Below are positions 61,976 to 64,000 of a stretch of 64,000 nucleotides of DNA, in pieces. The notes under the pieces are model-generated. The model ran no database searches. It was not told the origin of the DNA and saw only the letters and a list, made by a program, of their open reading frames with translations. The position numbers were made by a program, and so were the translations under genes. Numbering within the stretch: position 1 is the first letter of the stretch; each line of letters opens with the position of its first letter. Origin of the DNA: Setoptus koraiensis (lineage: Eukaryota > Animalia > Arthropoda); assembly GCA_048013815.1 (NCBI GenBank), contig CM106585.1:17670001-17734000 (forward strand), given 5' to 3'.

Positions 61976-62970
61976 CCACGAAAAAGTTTTGGTTATAGTC
62001 CCGAAGAGCGCCACACTTTTTTCGGGGTATTTTGGGTATTTTTGGGTAGGGTATTGTACCCTGATACCGCGATGCGTATTCCGGAAGTGCGGAAATTCTT
62101 CGTTCCCGAGATAACCGAGGTACCGCTCAGTGGGCGTTTCACGGTACCCGACAGCCGCTTGGAGATTTGCGGGTAGTTTTTCGGGGAAATTTTTGGTACC
62201 TCATCAAGGTCGCATCCAATACAGCAAGGAATGGCAGAAATAGGCCTCAGCTTCGCTCAGCTTGTGATGGGTCTGAGAACTCGGCCTGCGGCCTCGTAAT
62301 CTGGAGGCCGTCACATCTCCGTCGTCGCTCCCGCGACGACTCCGTGCGACGGGAACCCTTCGGGTAGGGTTGATGAGCGCTTCGGGTATCGGGCTGCGCC
62401 CTCTACCCTCCGCTCACGTGACTGCAATCCATACCCTGTTAAAAGAGATGATCAGACTGCGAACTGTGAAGCCCAAGATTTCACAGCATCCCATCGAATG
62501 CGCAGGCTTCAGATTTAACAGTTCATTAATCAGCGTAATTCCGACCGATTGCGCAAGTATTGCTTCTGTCAGGTCGTCTGATGACGGCATTCCACTGAAC
62601 AAAGACCCGTTCGCTGAACTCGCTAAGATCATGCGCATAGAATAGCAAGCAAGAGGTGAAAACCAACAAAAACGGCCCTTATCAGGGCAACCCCACTTTT
62701 AACAACTTTCTCTTGGTTTTTCCCAGAGATCTCGAGAACCGCGCGTCCAACATGGCTGAAATTGATGGCGTTGTGCTCAGCATGCTTGAATCTACCAGTG
62801 TACCGAGTTTTGAGTCTGTATCTCAGAGTTTTATTAAAACCGGAACCGGAAGTTTCCGCACTTCCGGACCACTCAATTTGTACCAAGGGGGCCCTACGGA
62901 CCCTATGTGTGAAGTTTCATCTCAATAGAAGTGTGGCGCTCTTCGGGACTACACCCAAAGTTTTTAGTGG
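61976..62970. mobile_element. Module 2: ~1-kb non-coding unit homologous in architecture to module 1, same orientation
   Basis: Perfect 23-bp IR 61996-62018/62929-62951 (imperfectly extending to 61976/62970), 16-bp inner IR 62080-62095/62853-62868, GC-rich hairpin core 62240-62410. Confidence 0.7.
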
Positions 62971-63165
62971 ATAAGGTGATGAGCCATCCAATAGATCCGG
63001 CGAGGATCTATTCATGGTTGTTTATATATATGTTAAATTATATGTTAAAAGATATTTCTAATAGATATTTCTCTATATTTTGGCTGGATGGGTAAAATAT
63101 GGCATTCGACTTTCTTTTGTGGTGCTACTATCAGATAAACATCCGAGTCTGGCTCTACATCAACA

Positions 63166-64000
63166 ATTTAACTTTGAGACATGTTAGTCCTACAAGTTTG
63201 CACACGAGCATGAGCGAAAAACTGGCGCAAAATTTTGTGCAACATTACTATTTAGAACTGTATACACAACAAGGTTCAATTGAATCAGTTCAATAAAGTC
63301 AACAATGTCAATCATGAACATCAGTCTATGAGTATTGGCGGCAAATTAAGCTGGTCAATAGTCAAATTTTACCAATAGGTGCTTCTGATTAACTTGCCAT
63401 TGACAGATGACCGGCTTAATTGATCATTTGTATCACTTCAAGAGTGATAATTATGTTTGAATGTCATCCAGTGCTTGTATAATATGCTAAACTAACTTGT
63501 CAAGCATGCTATTGACACAGATCAATGCCTAGAGTGACACCAATCTATGCAAAAGAGAGCTAATTTAGCTTTGGGACATGATAGTCCATCAAGTTTGCAC
63601 ACGAGCATGAGCGAAAAACTGGCGCAAAATTTTGTGCAACATTACTATTCAGAACTGTATACACAACAAGGTCCAATTGAATCAGTTCAATAAAGTCAAC
63701 AATGTCAATCATGAACATCAGTCTATGAGTATTGGCGGCAAATTAAGCTGGTCAATAGTCAAATTTTACCAATAGGTGCTTCTGATTGACTTGCCATTGA
63801 CAGATGACCGGCTTAATTGATCATTTGTATCACTTCAAGAGTGATAATTATGTTTGAATGTCATCCAGTGCTTGTATAATATGCTAAACTAACTTGTCAA
63901 GCATGCTATTGACACAGATCAATGCATAGAGTGACACCAATCTATGCAAAAGAGAGCTAATTTAGCTTTGGGACATGATAGTCCATCAAGTTTGCACACG
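63166..64000 (-). repeat. 397-bp satellite in reverse orientation, at least 2.1 units, runs off the window
   Basis: Reverse complement of the 54113-55412 unit; anchors at 63177 (AGAC variant), 63574 and 63971. Confidence 0.97.

Larger units (their letters stand above)
48152..64000. mobile_element. Large unclassified virus/transposon-like region (both boundaries uncertain; runs off the window)
   Basis: Loss of host microsatellite style, AT-richer sequence, intronless ORFs with Ulp1/PWWP/H3-tail/dsRBD-like features, its own satellites, TIR modules and a dispersed palindromic motif. No transposase, integrase, Rep or polymerase recognised. Confidence 0.6.

Noticed and set aside
62370-62400. TTGATGAG as a hammerhead ribozyme core
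   Set aside because: No matching GAAA/UH elements or three-way stems found.
63210-63296. MSEKLAQNFVQHYYLELY in the satellite resembles the NTF2/G3BP first helix
   Set aside because: A stop follows within about 10 codons and the rest of the unit has stops in all + strand frames checked; not distinguishable from chance without a search.

Overview
Eukaryotic, probably arthropod, DNA. The gene family and the (CAA)n-rich, poly-Q/N-expanded style suggest a mite, but that is inference. The window has two very different halves. (1) About 1-48.1 kb is host DNA, mostly microsatellite-rich non-coding sequence. It holds a furrowed-like selectin gene on the + strand (Sushi-FTP-C-type lectin-10 Sushi-TM; five well-supported exons at 36672-47282, signal-peptide exon uncertain, best candidate 2020-2104) and one intronless BTB/KCTD gene on the - strand (16344-17105). 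(2) From about 48150, across a 500-N gap, to the window end lies an AT-richer, microsatellite-free, virus- or transposon-like region with no transposase, Rep or polymerase visible. It carries a 397-bp satellite in inverted arrays, two ~1-kb TIR-bounded modules with GNA-triloop hairpins, and at least 27 exact copies of the palindrome GGAC-N6-GTCC. Its intronless ORFs look chromatin- or silencing-directed: an H3-tail-mimic protein (MARTK...), an ARKS-containing basic protein, a PWWP-like protein, three Ulp1/SENP SUMO-protease-like sequences and a dsRBD-like protein. The H3-mimic protein and one Ulp1 protein share a ~90-aa domain (31% identical, ungapped) that I cannot assign. This may be an undescribed selfish element with a sequence-specific anti-silencing toolkit. 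Caveats: several ORFs are frameshifted or truncated, the region contains a recent or artefactual inverted duplication, and all domain calls were made by eye without database searches.
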